From NCBI RefSeq assembly GCF_001194135.2, contig NC_069002.1:18518799-18561988 (forward strand): a stretch of DNA of 43,190 nt. The letters are read 5' to 3'. Shown here one piece after another: positions 24,101-36,899 of the stretch (positions are counted from its first letter, which is position 1; every line of letters starts with the position of its first letter). The notes beneath the pieces are model-generated. The model saw nothing but the letters and a program-made list of their open reading frames with translations, was not told the DNA's origin and did no database searches. Made by a program: the position numbers and the translations under genes. This DNA comes from Octopus bimaculoides (lineage: Eukaryota).

Positions 24101-26461
24101 GAATACTGGGCGTCATCCATGCTGAGATACAGCTTGTATGTGGCATTGAATTACTTTTAAGAAGACTAGTAGTCATTAACGAGGTCACCAGACAACCCTT
24201 AAATTCCACGAAAGTCTCTTCGTCACCTCCACTTACAACTCCTTCGTGTGCCATTGTGTGTGTGTGTGTGTTTTCCCTGCCATCTCTTGGAAACTTGACT
24301 GTTTTCAGCAATTTGGGTCATGTTGCAAAGGCGGTGTTCATTTCTACAGAAGGCTTAGAGCACTGAGTGAAAGAAAAGTCCCGTAAAATTCCCTGAAAGA
24401 ATTTAACTGCAAAAACTGAAGAAATAACTGCAATAACTAAGCTTCTACGGTGAGAGAATTTGGCAATTAACAGTTTCAGCATGATTCTCTTTCTATTACT
24501 AACAGAAACAATACGAAAGCAAATACTTGTGGCCGAATTCCGTCAACTATGATGGCGGTACATATTGCCATCTGTTCCGCCATGTTTAAATTCATTGTCA
24601 GTGAAATATAATGTTAACGTGTCAACACTGTATCATGTTTTTCTGATCATTTTTGTAGACAGACTATTGACTTCAATCTTGTTATTGAGGCTGCATATAG
24701 TATTCATCTATCTATCTAGTTGATGGCTTGGTGCAAATTCTTAGTTGATGCAAATTCTCCATATTTAAGCCAAGTTTTAAATGGATTGGATGGTTCACAT
24801 CGTTTCAAATGTAAGGCGAAAAGACACTTAAGCATCATGGCTGTTTGAGATACAGATATATTTGACAGTGTTGCGTTCTCCAGCTATCCAGATAAAAGTT
24901 ATACGTTTCTGGCGCAGGCTTGGAATGAACCCGGACTCCACACATCACAAGGAAGTCGTAAAAAGAAGCATTCGCATTGACAGGGTATCTTCTCCCAGTA
25001 GTTCTGTCAAACCTGTATAAGTTTGGTCATCAAAAGATTTCTTCATCTCACATGTTTCCTATTCTGTATATATTAGGATGGATTATAATGATACAGCCAG
25101 TGATTTTTCTTTCTGTTTTATTTTTATTTTTATTTTTTGTAAACGGATCCCACTGACACAGTTTAAAGATCGGGTGTAGTAAGAGCGTTGTCTCTTCTCT
25201 GGGTGGCCGAGTGGATAGAAAATTGTTGAATGCTGGGTGTTGTATTTTACGTGATTAATATAAGGCAATGGCAGTGAGAGTGAGACACCTTTTCCGTGGT
25301 ATTATGGATGGAAACATTTTTGTAGTAAGTTTTCTTTTTCATTTCCGTAAGTAGAAACTGCAGCACAAAATAGTTCTGCTGATGAGGTTAATACACCGTC
25401 AAGTGACGTATCGATGGACTGTAATTATTGAAGAGGGGTGTCATGTTTATGGGTTTGTAGTCGAAATTAGGATTAGCAGATCGTACAACAAATAGAGAAA
25501 AAGGAAAAATTTAAAAAGAAATAGAATTGAAATGTAAAAGGATGTTGTGAACTATTTTTAAAACGTGAGCGAAGTGATATACATTAAAAATTAAAACAAA
25601 AAGGAGTAAACAAGGTGTAAATGAATGAGAGAGCAAGAAAATTAAAGAATTTAGAAGAGAGGGGAAGAATCATGTGAGGTGAAATAAGTGATGTCAATAA
25701 AATGACAGAAATGGAAAGATAAAGGGAAGTGAAACTATAGGACAAAATCTGTCGTACTAAAGCTGCAGTAAATACAAAATTCTATGAGAATTTGTGGTCA
25801 GAAGGATACGAAAGAATCTGCAGTATAATGCTCCAAGAGAGCCAAAGTGTTTGCTGCACGGATAGAAGTGAGAGCGTGGAGGAAGTGAAAGGTAGTTGAG
25901 GCAGTGAAGTAGGCAGTGGAGTAGTTGAAACACAAGGTCTTTCTTGGAAATATGGCACCGGGAAAGGCCATATTAGGGAAAGCAAGAATATGACATGGTT
26001 AGTAGTAGGAGAATTGGAAGTTGGTGCAAGAGAAGGCGAGAGAATCAGTGAAAGACGAACGAGCAGATAAATAGATGGTGATGGGGAGACTGGGTGACTG
26101 GGATGGAGTGAAGTTTCACCCGAAAGGACATCTGGAAGTGGAACTCCCACAGGAGCAAGTTCTGGATTTGGGGTATCCATGATGTCCTCTCCAGTACGAC
26201 CAATCTATTTAGACAGGGAGAACGCACACATCTGCCCTGGTTCTAAACCAGGGACATTCGAACACATCCGAAACTGCTGCTCCAATGCACTGAGTGACAG
26301 ATGCTAGAGGTTGCGATCAGTTCCTTCATACGATCGCTCAGGCAACCAAGAAAGGGATCAGTTACAGCAGCAGATATGCCCACACTATGACTAGGAAGAC
26401 AGACATTATGAAGGAAGGTTCGACGGAAGAAAAGCCACAACTCTTAAGGAGTAAAATGTCC

Positions 26462-26514
<53 letters not shown>

Positions 26515-26515
26515 G

Positions 26516-26562
<47 letters not shown>

Positions 26563-26925
26563 CAATCTTGCTGTCATTGATTTTTCTTTCTCGTTATTTC
26601 TGCATTGATAAAGTAAGTCCCAGTAAATCGCAATATTTTCCCCACTCCATGACTTTCCCCTCCATTGTGATAATCCATCAACATCCCATGGATCTATAAT
26701 GTACGAAGCCAATATAATTGAAGCATCTTAAAAGGTTTTGTAATCATTTTTTTGTGTGTAGAAGTCTTAATTCAGGCAATAGACACCATTCTATTCTATA
26801 CCTGGTAACTCAGTTCTAGGGTAGATACTTCTAATGACAGGAAACAGGACAACTTTATTGGAATCTAACGACTGAGAGGGAGCTGGGGGAAAAAGTATCA
26901 CCATCACAACCAATACTCTTATCAT

Positions 26926-26926
26926 C

Positions 26927-26984
<58 letters not shown>

Positions 26985-27258
26985 ATGGTAGTAGTAGTGG
27001 TAGTAGTAGTAGTAGTAGTAATAGTAGTAGTAGTAATTATAACATAGCAGCCGCAGCAGCGTCAGTTGTAGTAACAGCAGTAGTAGTGGTGTTGGTGGTA
27101 GCCATGGTAGTAGCAGTAGTAGTGGTGATGGTAGTACTAGTAAGTAGTAGTGATGGTAGTGGTAATGGTTTTTCATGTTACATATCGATTTTGCACAAAG
27201 TGACAATAGCAATGCCCTTCCCAGCAGCTGTAGTATCAGTAATAGATGAAGCAGAGCC

Positions 27259-27292
<34 letters not shown>

Positions 27293-27310
27293 TGGTAGTA
27301 GTAGTAGTAG
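26926..27310 (+). repeat. Trinucleotide array: (TAG)n, (TGG/TAG) mosaic and (CAG)n
   Basis: Direct inspection. Confidence 0.95.
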
Positions 27311-27564
27311 TTTACACAACATAACTCTAGTGAATCATGAATGAGTCTCAACAAAAAAGGGCCCAAAGTACGATGATTGATGGTTCGAAAATGTCAAATC
27401 AGTTTTTATAAAATGGTGATTTTCAGGTGATTTCAGATATTTTTTTTGTTAACTTTGGAACTGTTAGTGTTACTGACTGGTAGTGGTGCTGGTGGTGATG
27501 ATGATGGTGGTGATGATAGTGATGATAGTGGTGATTGTGGTGTTGTTGTTGGGGGTATATATAT

Positions 27565-27800
27565 ATGGGGAGAATTCACGAAAACACAAAAGACGATGAC
27601 AGGTGGTGTAGTTTAACGCTCGGGAAGTGAAAAATCTTTAATGTTTCGAGCCTACGCTCTTCCACAGAAAGGAACACAGAAAGAAACAAGGAGAGAAAAT
27701 AAAAAAATTGTAGTGGCTAGCGATCTATCATGGCGAATGTCGGCCAGAGTGGTCACACAGGCGAGCTAGTTAGAAGGGGAGATAATAAATTAAGTAGTGG
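27565..27800 (-). mobile_element. Dispersed repeat, probable PLE terminal repeat (longer copy)
   Basis: Homologous to 17021-17135 and contains the hammerhead-like motif. Confidence 0.65.
27636..27671 (-). ncRNA. Minimal type-I hammerhead-ribozyme-like motif (variant core)
   Basis: Minus strand reads CTTT CTGTGGA A GAGC-GTAG-GCTC GAAAC AT T AAAG. Stem I CUUU/AAAG and stem II GAGC/GCUC pair perfectly. ACGT has decayed to ACAT. Confidence 0.5.
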
Positions 27801-27915
27801 TGATCCCCAAACGAAGGTGCGCGTGCGTGTGTATAAGAGAGCATTATGTGCGTGTGGAAGAGAGATGGTGGCCTTAACGTGTGCGTGTGTGTGTAGGTGT
27901 GTGGATGTGGGGCTG

Positions 27916-28459
27916 NNNNNNNNNNNNNNNNNNNNNNNNNNNNNNNNNNNNNNNNNNNNNNNNNNNNNNNNNNNNNNNNNNNNNNNNNNNNNNNNNNNNN
28001 NNNNNNNNNNNNNNNNNNNNNNNNNNNNNNNNNNNNNNNNNNNNNNNNNNNNNNNNNNNNNNNNNNNNNNNNNNNNNNNNNNNNNNNNNNNNNNNNNNNN
28101 NNNNNNNNNNNNNNNNNNNNNNNNNNNNNNNNNNNNNNNNNNNNNNNNNNNNNNNNNNNNNNNNNNNNNNNNNNNNNNNNNNNNNNNNNNNNNNNNNNNN
28201 NNNNNNNNNNNNNNNNNNNNNNNNNNNNNNNNNNNNNNNNNNNNNNNNNNNNNNNNNNNNNNNNNNNNNNNNNNNNNNNNNNNNNNNNNNNNNNNNNNNN
28301 NNNNNNNNNNNNNNNNNNNNNNNNNNNNNNNNNNNNNNNNNNNNNNNNNNNNNNNNNNNNNNNNNNNNNNNNNNNNNNNNNNNNNNNNNNNNNNNNNNNN
28401 NNNNNNNNNNNNNNNNNNNNNNNNNNNNNNNNNNNNNNNNNNNNNNNNNNNNNNNNNNN
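27916..28459. other. Assembly gap (N run)
   Basis: 544 N. Confidence 1.
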
Positions 28460-28490
28460 ACACACACACACACACACACACATATATATG

Positions 28491-29264
28491 TAAAATTAAT
28501 CAAAGGACATATTAAGTATGTCTACCTGCTTGAAATAACAGTCAAAACACTTATTAAATCGCCAAAAATACACTGATGATAACTACGGAAATCAAATGAA
28601 GGCAAATTCGGTGAAGACAATCTACTAACATACATTTAAGTATCTGGACTCACATGGACCTGTTTCTGCACTGGCAAAATAAGCCTTAGCTTCTTCAGCA
28701 CGCGTTACCATGATTAGTGATTCCTAACCCATCGTTTTGAAGTCTGTGCCGCAAGTGATTCGTTTTTGCGCCGAAATCACAACAGCTACCAGTGTAAAAT
28801 GATCTCGATACAATTTACGAAAAAAATAATTCGCGAAACAATTAATTTGCGTAGGCGTCATTAATTCTATTATTATTATCCGATGTAACTATTTTTTAAA
28901 TGATAATAACAGAATCAATGACACAGGCGATAGCAGACCAAAAATAGCTAAGGCTTTTTTGCCAGTGCAGAAGACGGTGCACGTGAGTCCAAATACTTAA
29001 ATGTATGTTAGTAGATTTTCTTAACCGAATTTGCCTTCGTTTGACTTCTGTAGTTATAATCAGTGTATTTTTGGCGATTTAATAAGAGTTTTGACTGTAA
29101 TTTCAAGCAGGTAGATATACTTAGTATGTCCTTTGATTAATTTTAATCCTTCGGCTATTTAATGCTATATTTGGCCTGCTATCTCTTGTGCCATTGATTC
29201 TGTTATCATTTTTAAAATAGTTACATTGGATAATAATAAAATTAATGACACCTTCGCAAATTAA
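28491..29264. repeat. Interleaved inverted repeats (A-spacer-B-A'-B')
   Basis: A (28491-28691) is the reverse complement of A' (28946-29145), about 200 bp. B (28842-28948) is the reverse complement of B' (29164-29264), about 100 bp. Confidence 0.9.
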
Positions 29265-30320
29265 ATCAATGTTAAATATATACACATATACATATCATTA
29301 ATTTCCGCCGCCACCTGAAATGTAAATGCTGATAAGTAAACAAATATAAACAGATGCAGAAGTTAGCTGGGTAAAAAATAGAAAAATCTTAGTCCAGCGA
29401 TTTCCTACCATATGTTCTCATGGAACCCTAATATAAGGTTTTTCAAATAAAGAAACAAAAATATTTGTGTGGCCAAACCAATCTATTTTACGGCTAATTC
29501 CTGCCACCTTAAATATATTACGACTTTCAAAAAATGTTTTGTGGAGAGAGAATTTATATATGAAAAGTAAAACAAGTTTATTTTGAAGTAGCAAATTTGT
29601 ATAGAATATATTTTTACAAAATTTTTTATATCCCGCAAAATAAGAATTATTATTTTTATTAATACATCCTTTATCATGCTGAACCTCAGAAATTTCTCAC
29701 GGATGACTGGGGTTCATCGTAAGACACCTACCAGGTGTTTATTCGCTTCTGTTAATCTTGTAATGCAGAATCTAACTGCTGAACACAACTTCGCTAAATA
29801 TTAAGAAAAAATCGATACGTATATATTAGCATATCCAAATTTTTCACCTCTATATACAAAAGACGCCGAATAATTTGATACTCTAGTTTTAAATTATTGA
29901 TTTCTTTTGCCAAGAAAGCCACTCTGACTTTTACAAAAGCATCAGTAAGAAAATGTATTGAAAACGCTTCGACGAGGATTCAAAACTATAAAGAAGTATT
30001 AGTCCTAAAGATTTAAAAAATTAATTTTATTACATCATTCTGAACAAAAGTGTCGCTGTTGCCACATTTCTCTCAGATCAAACACAAGGGAATGTCAGCA
30101 GTGTGATGCAGAAGAATGTTTGCATGGAACTTCGTTCGTAAGACATCGCTTTTACGCTAGTNNNNNNNNNNNNNNNNNNNNNNNNNNNNNNNNNNNNNNN
30201 NNNNNNNNNNNNNNNNNNNNNNNNNNNNNNNNNNNNNNNNNNNNNNNNNNNNNNNNNNNNNNNNNNNNNNNNNNNNNNNNNNNNNNNNNNNNNNNNNNNN
30301 NNNNNNNNNNNNNNNNNNNN

Positions 30321-30353
<33 letters not shown>

Positions 30354-30984
30354 TCATACAACGAGGCCTCGTTGACTAAATTCTATTTACCAAGCCGTCT
30401 AATACGGCAGTAGACTACACGTGAATTTGCCGTTCAGTCGGTTCGAAACCGTATTCACGTGGTTGCGAAGCTCACTACTGCCAAACCATGCTCTACAATA
30501 TTTACCAATAATTTACAAGAAGTGACGATTATCCAAACCTTTCGGTAATTTGTCTGATCGAACTCTTATCGATCGCTCATACGAATTTTCCGACACAATC
30601 TCCAATTTCCTCGAATTCCAAATTTCATTTCTTAAGATTTTATTATGTGGCAACTCAGCTCTACTCAAATAAATGGATCTCCGTCGCTTTCGACTGTTCA
30701 ATGAATTAATGTATAAGTAGCCGTGTACTTCTCAGAAACATACATTTAACGAAATCAGTCTGACAGAGAGGCATGCCCTTGAAATTAGTCAGAATCCATC
30801 TGGCCTCCTTCCACACACTTTTCATCAACTGAAATTTGTTGACGAAACTTATATCGGGCTCAAAGCAACGAGAAATGACACTTACTCAAGAAGTGATATC
30901 GAAACCGGATCTGCTATACTATATCCTAATCCGGTAGAAACCTAATCAAATATATCCATAGCGAGACTATCACTCAGGCATCCT

Positions 30985-31583
30985 TATTTAGAGTATATAG
31001 TCACCTGATTGAATTGTACAAGTATCTGGGACCCCAGATCTCTGATGAAGCCACATGTAAGAAAGAAATTGGGACATGGCTAACCATGATAAAAACGTCA
31101 ATGGAAAGGCTTAATAACATACGAAGCAGAAGTGTCCGAACTAAGTTAAGAACAAGGCTAGTGTGAGCGCTCATTTGGCCAATAAATATTTATGGTTGTG
31201 AAGTATGAACTGTAAACATATTTGAAGGGAACCTAATCACAGCATTTGAAATGTGGAGGGATAGGAGAATGGTGTGAGTCCCTTATAAGGCTCATCGGAC
31301 AAATGAATGGACGTTTCAACAGGTGAGACGACAACTCCTGAATATTGTGAAAAAATAAAAGCTCATTTATTGTGGCCATATTCGAAGAAGCAAGGGTCTG
31401 GATATATGGAAGAAAGAGTAGAACGCAGCAGATCATGGGGTATGCAAAGAACGCAGTGGATGGCTAAATTCACGAACTGGTCAGACCATATCGAGGCAGC
31501 TTGAAATCTGACGCTTAATCGAGAGGACTCATCGTAGTGTCATCAATGCATCGCAGGTATACAATACATGATGACGACAATGA
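30985..31583 (+). mobile_element. RTE-clade LINE 3' fragment (RT C-terminus and short-repeat tail)
   Basis: Translation gives YKYLGPQISDEATCKKEI, RTKLRTRLV*ALIWPINIYGCEV*TV, ITAFEMWRDRRMV*VPYKAHRTNE, KLIYCGHIRR and MEERVERSRSWGMQRTQW. It ends in a TGA/CGA-repeat tail. Confidence 0.88.
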
Positions 31584-31740
31584 CTCACCAAATTTTCCTT
31601 CTGTTGGTTAACACAATAGTGTCAATTATCATAGAAATATAGACGCTATTGCTAGCGGAGTGAATGACCAACTAGGGGTTTCGAGTTTTACTACTCCTTG
31701 GTAGGGATCCATCGTCAATAAGACGCGACTACTCACTTAC

Positions 31741-31811
31741 CCAAAGACTTGCTTCTGTTGAAGTTGATCTTGGTTAACCTCAGCGTTATTAAATTCCTTC
31801 TTTTTAACTGC
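31741..31811 (-). other. Candidate 71-nt exon
   Basis: Minus strand ctacag|GCAGTT...TTTGG|GTAAGT, with a strong donor. Open in two frames (AVKKKEFNNAEVNQDQLQQKQVF). The polypyrimidine tract would fall in the adjacent gap. Confidence 0.3.
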
Positions 31812-31828
31812 CTGTAGCACTATATATA

Positions 31829-32238
31829 NNNNNNNNNNNNNNNNNNNNNNNNNNNNNNNNNNNNNNNNNNNNNNNNNNNNNNNNNNNNNNNNNNNNNNNN
31901 NNNNNNNNNNNNNNNNNNNNNNNNNNNNNNNNNNNNNNNNNNNNNNNNNNNNNNNNNNNNNNNNNNNNNNNNNNNNNNNNNNNNNNNNNNNNNNNNNNNN
32001 NNNNNNNNNNNNNNNNNNNNNNNNNNNNNNNNNNNNNNNNNNNNNNNNNNNNNNNNNNNNNNNNNNNNNNNNNNNNNNNNNNNNNNNNNNNNNNNNNNNN
32101 NNNNNNNNNNNNNNNNNNNNNNNNNNNNNNNNNNNNNNNNNNNNNNNNNNNNNNNNNNNNNNNNNNNNNNNNNNNNNNNNNNNNNNNNNNNNNNNNNNNN
32201 NNNNNNNNNNNNNNNNNNNNNNNNNNNNNNNNNNNNNN
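31829..32238. other. Assembly gap (N run)
   Basis: 410 N. Confidence 1.
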
Positions 32239-32281
<43 letters not shown>

Positions 32282-33377
32282 TATATAAAGTATGTTCTTT
32301 CCTTATTTAAGACTGAAAAATGTAAATTGAGGGTTATTTAACAGCTATTTCTATAACTTTGAGCCCTCGGTTAGACGATGCAACTTATTTGCTGAGATGA
32401 CGTCTATTTTGTTTTTCTGTTTAAGTGTAATCATGATGGCAGGACATTCTTATGAACTTGATAGGTTTAGACATCGGATGTGCGATGTAGTTAATTAAGT
32501 GAAGTTAATCAATTGACATTAATTATCGTAGGACAAAGGCCGAAATCCGAGTAACTTATCGACATTCAACGTACAGTCGCGTAAATTAATTATGGTACTT
32601 TTGTGAGCTAAATAAGTATCGGTTTAGTTTGACAAAGCACTAATTAATTATAGATTTTATTAGGCTTATTAGGAATAGGAAATTATGTTTCTTCAAAACT
32701 AACTAACTAACTAGCTAACTAACAAACTAACTAACTAATTAATTAATTAACTAAACTAACTGACTAAATAAATAAATATACAGATACATAAATAAAGGAT
32801 TGATATTGATCCACTGATGGAACGTGTACATGTTCAATCGATCAGGTAGGAATAGTAGCAACATCTCCCTCAAATAATCCTCCGTTGCTTCAAACAAATG
32901 CACATTATAACATGGACGGAAAGCAGGGCTAAAAGAAAAACATCAGCAAATTGTGATTTTCTTTTAGAGAATGGTATCTTCCATGAATAGAACCCAGTTC
33001 CATATTTATAATCTCAACCTTTCAAAGCAAAGAAAAACAAAACCAATTGATTGTTTTTAATCGATATGTGAAAAAGAGCAATAATAAATGTCTGAGGACA
33101 ATATACTCCAGAGCTTATGATAATTGCTTAGTTCGTGTGTAAGCATTTAGACGGACAGATATAAATACGCTTAGACAGAAACACACGCGCGCGTGCGCGC
33201 AAAACACAAACATGCATAAGTGTGTAAGGAATACAATTTTAATGTCAGTATTACTATGATTCACCGAATGACCAGCTAACCTTATTGAAAACCAGCCTCG
33301 GCATCTCTTTACTCAAAACTCCATTGAATCAAACCATCATTAAGTATCATGAAGAGGGAAAATTGAAGTATTCTTAC

Positions 33378-33417
33378 CTCTCCCTCTGACTTTGATCTTT
33401 TCAACCGTGCCGCTCAT
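33378..33417 (-). other. Candidate short coding first exon (MSGTVEKIKVRGR)
   Basis: ataATGAGCGGCACGGTTGAAAAGATCAAAGTCAGAGGGAGAG|GTAAGA: an ATG followed by a consensus donor. No compatible downstream exon was found. Confidence 0.2.
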
Positions 33418-33464
33418 TATTATAATGAATTGTTAAAAAGAAATGGTTTGAGTGAGAAAATATT

Positions 33465-33656
33465 TTCTACACCAGGCACAAGGCTCGAAATTATTAGTTC
33501 GACCCTCCAGTATGCAACTGGCACTTAATTTATCGACCCCGAAAAGATAAAACGTAAAGTCGACCTCGGCGGAATTTGAACTCAGAACGTAAAGACAGAC
33601 GAAACACCACTAAGCATTTCGCCTGGCGTGTAAATGATTCTACCAGTTCACTGCCA
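33465..33656 (-). mobile_element. Full-length tRNA-derived SINE, family B, with 17-bp target-site duplication
   Basis: Flanked by identical TTGAGTGAGAAAATATT at 33448-33464 and 33657-33673. It contains a B-box-like GAGTTCAAATTCC and the central domain tcggggtcgataaattaagtgccagttgc. Confidence 0.93.
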
Positions 33657-34692
33657 TTGAGTGAGAAAATATTATATTAAGAACAATACAAGCTGATCCA
33701 GAAGAGATGCATAATATGGCCTTATCCCCATCCCCATTTTCAACAGAGTCACTAAAATAGCAACGTATTGTCTAACCCTTTAAATAAAATATTTTGGCAT
33801 TTACAAATAACTTAATAGGAATAATAAAAACGTATTAAAAGAAACATTAAGTTGTGGTTGTTTGGATAGCAGTCTGGATAGTATAACATGTCATATCTTA
33901 CATTACAATATATAACACGCATTCAGCCATCGGCATCCCAATAATCAATTTGCAACTTCAACGTTATTTATAACCAACACACACAAGAAGTTACATAAAG
34001 TTAGAATTAATTCGAATCCTTCGTTTTAGTTTGTATGGAAATTACTGGAGAGCGATGTGGAATAACATCGAAGGCAGTTGACACGCGATTCCCAAACATT
34101 AAAAGAACGTTCTTGTTTACTCTTGCAAAAAATCGTTTACTTTAGCAAAAATTCTTAGGTTATTTTTTTACTTTCGTCCATAGCAATAATTTGGTGTCCT
34201 GTTGCAATGAATTATCTCCTTATATCAACATCTAGCGCTCGAACATGTTGCAGGGACCAGCTACTGATCAATGAAAACCAGTACATCTGTATTCTATATG
34301 AAGCAATATCATATATCTCAAGTCCTTTTTGTGTGCCTAATATATTCTTAAACACATGAAAGTAACTCTACTCGCTGCGTTATTACTTTACTTACAGTTG
34401 CTCCACTGTCAACCTCATAACATTATGAAAATGAAGTTGTTTTATACGTAATCATGTTTTCATTTTCCGGAAGTAGATTTTCACTACGTAGCTTCCGGAT
34501 TATGGGAAACAAAAGTAATCGATACCTCAGGATCCGTAAGCAAGACCAAAATTAGTCGATGTTTCTTCATTTGTATCTGCCAAAATGCCTTGTTTAATAT
34601 CGGGAAGTAATTTTCCATTGAGATTGATATGTCTGGTAGATATATACACGTGACTTTCTTTTACGCAATACTTAATAATATCTATCTCTGCC

Positions 34693-34746
<54 letters not shown>

Positions 34747-36899
34747 AAGAACATCAGTGGTATTCTGCATCTGTAAAAATCCTAAAGCAGTTTCAGTTTT
34801 TGGAATAGAAAATTCTTTCCCTTTCCTCTCAACTTTATTTGATCCCTTTTAATACTCTTCCTCCTCGTATGCCCCTTGATCCCCTTAATTTAAAGAATGT
34901 CACAGAATTTACCATCACGCGAGTCAAACAAACAAACTCTCTCTCTCTCTCTCTGTTAACTTATCTTTAGTCTAGACATTTCTAAAAGCAATCTAAGTTC
35001 ATTGGCCATTATTATATTGCGAATATTTACAATTTTCATAAATATAACATTATAAGTAAATGGTTATGTGCTAAAAAACGGAATTCATAATTATTGTATA
35101 TATTACTTTAGCTTAGATTTGAGGGAAAAATCAATACAATAACGTAATACATTCTATTAGAGTGACATACCATTATGAGCAAAATCTGATATACAGAAAA
35201 ATAGTATATCAGATCATAATATTTAGAAATACATTGTTGGAGATTAGCTATAAAAATATCTATGCGGAATTTGAGGATTAAATAGCCTAGGTATAATGCA
35301 CAAAGACCTAAACAATTAAGACGAAGAAAAGATTTTCAAAAAGAGGACACAAAATTTTAATTCAAGTAGAGTTCTGAAAATCAAGAAAAGAGAAATTTCC
35401 AGTCAAAACAAAGACAAAGAAATTTTCAACTTGAAGTTAATCAATAACAATTAATGTATGTTACTATGGTTTACCAGAATAGCATTTCAATTTAATATGT
35501 GCAATATTTAGAGGAAGTAAGTGTAGAAGAAGCGTAGACGGTCAATACTCAAAGGAATCTGAAGTTAGAAGCAGAGTGCAGCGTGGAAGTTTTCTTTCGC
35601 TTGTCTTTTTTGAATGCTAGCTTAATAAATAATTTCATGGGGGGAAACAATTGGAGAGGGAGGAGAAGGAATTGAAATGATTTCTGGAAAATCTATGATA
35701 GATGTGGATCATACTGATATCATGAGGATGTTGTAGCAAGTAATGAAATGTTAGAAGTAAAATGAATAGCAAGCTTGATTAACTTGCGAAGGTGTGGTCT
35801 TAAAGAAAAACATCGATAAAAGTAAAAGCATAGAAACAGAACATTCGGATAAAAGAAGTGTGAAACAGAATGGCCTCATACTAGAAGAGATTAAACACGT
35901 TCGAACTTTTAAAGTCAATGGTAGGTCTTAATAAAGTGAATTTAATAAAAAAATATATTTTGAAGCAACGGGAATGATTGGAGATGTTTAAGGCATCACA
36001 AGTTGGTGAAGCGTACGAAAATTAAACATAGCAACTAGTAAGAATTAATCTAATATATACAATCGAGCAATGACATAACAATAAAGCTACCCTTTAAAAA
36101 TAAAGCATTACAAAAACAATTTGGAATGGAATGGAATGATTTTGAGAGAAATCACATGGTTGGAAAGATAAGCACAGTACAAAATACCATAGAAAGACGA
36201 AGATGTACGGAATATTAGACAGAGCTGATTGGGTCTCGTATTCTGATCTTAGGCCCACTATTTTCGGCTTAGCGTATTAGTTTAAGAAGGTCCGGCCCCA
36301 GGAAGAGATCAAGAATGGATCTAAGAAGTACAGAGGAAACTATTTAGAGTCACTTTATGCCATACGGCATTGGAGGCAGTAACAGAGATAGGTTAAGTCC
36401 TATGATCGGTCAGCGAATACCTACATGTGAGAGGTTTTGACCGAAACTACTTTCCCGATATAGATTTTGAAACATGAAAGAAAAGATAGAGAAATTATGG
36501 TACTTAAGAATTCATTGGAAAATTCAATGATACACTTTGAAAACAAAATGTATAAAGGCTTAGTTAAAAAGTATATAATTTTTGAAAAACCACTTCTTGT
36601 GTCATGATATGGAGCAAATTAACAAAAATTCAGAATGAGTATTAGCGTAAATATTAATTATTTCATAGGCCATGGTGAAATATCTAATAATTCTACTTTA
36701 TTCTAGATTTTGTAAAAAATGTAAACAGGAAAAAAGAGAAATACTTCTGAATTTTCGCCCATAATTGATGAGCTTTATTATTTTGGGAGACTAAAATTGT
36801 ATAAAGCAATACAAGTTTTGCGTAATGAATATTTTATATAGCACAATTAACAATTATCTCCCACAAATTTTGAAAGTTCTAGCAATTAATTTTGTTTTT

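Noticed and set aside
24910-24960. tRNA-like minus-strand segment with a GGTTCATTCC B-box echo
   Set aside because: No complete cloverleaf; at most a decayed SINE or tRNA head.
25782-26450. Pyrimidine-rich minus-strand ORF, possibly a PLE N-terminal relic (SFRVKLH)
   Set aside because: The composition resembles the PLE at 6915, but there is no diagnostic motif.
27086-27298. ORF ending in polyQ
   Set aside because: It arises from (TAG/TGG)n and (CAG)n arrays and has no splice or homology support.
34527-34700. Minus-strand ORF MAEIDIIKYC...GLAYGS and an alternative AG/GT-bounded open frame
   Set aside because: No recognisable domain, a weak donor, and phase-incompatible with the neighbouring exon candidates.
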